From Phoronis australis (Eukaryota; Animalia; Phoronida), in NCBI GenBank assembly GCA_002633005.1, contig NMRA01000130.1, forward strand, positions 372,001 through 436,000: a stretch of DNA of 64,000 nucleotides, read 5' to 3'. A model generated the notes under the pieces. It searched no databases, was not told where the DNA came from, and was given only the letters and a program-made list of their open reading frames with translations. Position 1 is the first letter of the stretch; each line of letters starts with the position of its first letter. The position numbers and the translations under genes were made by a program. Below are positions 62,914 through 64,000 of this stretch, in pieces.

Positions 62914-64000
62914 CTGAAATAAGTCCACAGTTGATTCAAGCTACATTTTTACACCACAAATACTGTCAAATAGTAAACTTTTGGATAACAAAATTCACGA
63001 TTTGCAAATGAATTTCAGCTGCTTCCCAATTACGAAAAAAAATACACTCCAGAAAAATATGAAGCTTTCGATAAATCAGGATCAGCAAATTTCTATGACA
63101 TTTAATGCTTTTCTACAAAATGTAGGAGACCTTTGCCGAGCTAGCATCATGGTTACATCATCACTTACCACTTCTTAAAGAATCCAACAAAAACTGCAAG
63201 TTTTCAGAAAACGAACCCTGCAAAGATACCACAGTCTCTCGCATTATGCTGGCAAACATTTAAACAAAATAGTATAAAATAATTCTAAGTTTAATGAAAT
63301 TGTGTTTAATGGACAGGAACGATTAAAGCCACTCACACAACAATCACAAAACCACCAATTTTAATTTAAAATATTTAATTTCACAACATGAATCAGTTAA
63401 ACGACCACCACTTGGTTAACAGTATCACAAAGAACACAAACCCACTTTTTCAACAAAAACACAAAAATGTTTCCATACAAGCATTCTATGTGGCTTTAAG
63501 ACAGACATCCCACCCCATCAAACCATCCTTTGTAAAATCTACTCTGAATGACCTGTCTCAGGCAATGAAGTTCTAGGCTAGGGTTTATGGTAATTCGTTC
63601 AAAGACATCGTCAGTCTCAAAGATATCAAGACCCAAACGGCATCCGAAAACCCTCAGGTATTTTCGTAGACTCCAGCTATTTCCCAGAGGAGTTTAATAT
63701 CTGCGTGCAAGTGTGAACTTCAATCGTAACAGAAAAGGTATCTCACTGACAGATGGTTAAAAATCCTGGCTATCAGTCAATAACATTTCAAGTGATAGGC
63801 AACGTCGTTCTCAATTCTTAGTAAATCTCCTCATGTAATATTAACTCTCGTTAAAACCTGTTTATCACAGGGGTATCACGGTACATCCGAAGGCATTCTC
63901 TATTTTAAGAGTCATGTGACATGCAGTAGTGATTGAACTTTGCATATGCACAGATATGAATCAGGGAAAACTTGAGGCTACGGCAATACCTGAGGGGTTC

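Overview
AT-rich eukaryotic (invertebrate, probably lophotrochozoan; taxon inferred) genomic window with three spliced genes. (1) A complete type I diacylglycerol kinase (DGK-beta-like) on +, coding span 8646-44714, 21 exon positions, about 849 aa. (2) The 3' six coding exons of ORC4 on -, convergent with DGK. (3) A two-exon secreted coiled-coil/Thr-rich/C-type lectin gene on +, nested antisense in a 9-kb ORC4 intron. The main signal is that the DGK kinase region carries two separate tandem-duplicated exon pairs that must be mutually exclusive: 12a/12b (NPKSGG loop) and 18a/18b (accessory domain). Both intervening introns have end-to-end complementary stems and UGCAUG motifs, and the same 12-mer TGGGATGGACTT lies just upstream of both 'b' exons, suggesting a coordinated, RNA-structure-guided isoform switch. 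Introns are rich in MITEs, plus a LINE tail and minisatellites. The 1.4-kb duplicate at the window start is probably an assembly haplotype overlap. All calls were read by eye; no searches or folding programs were run.
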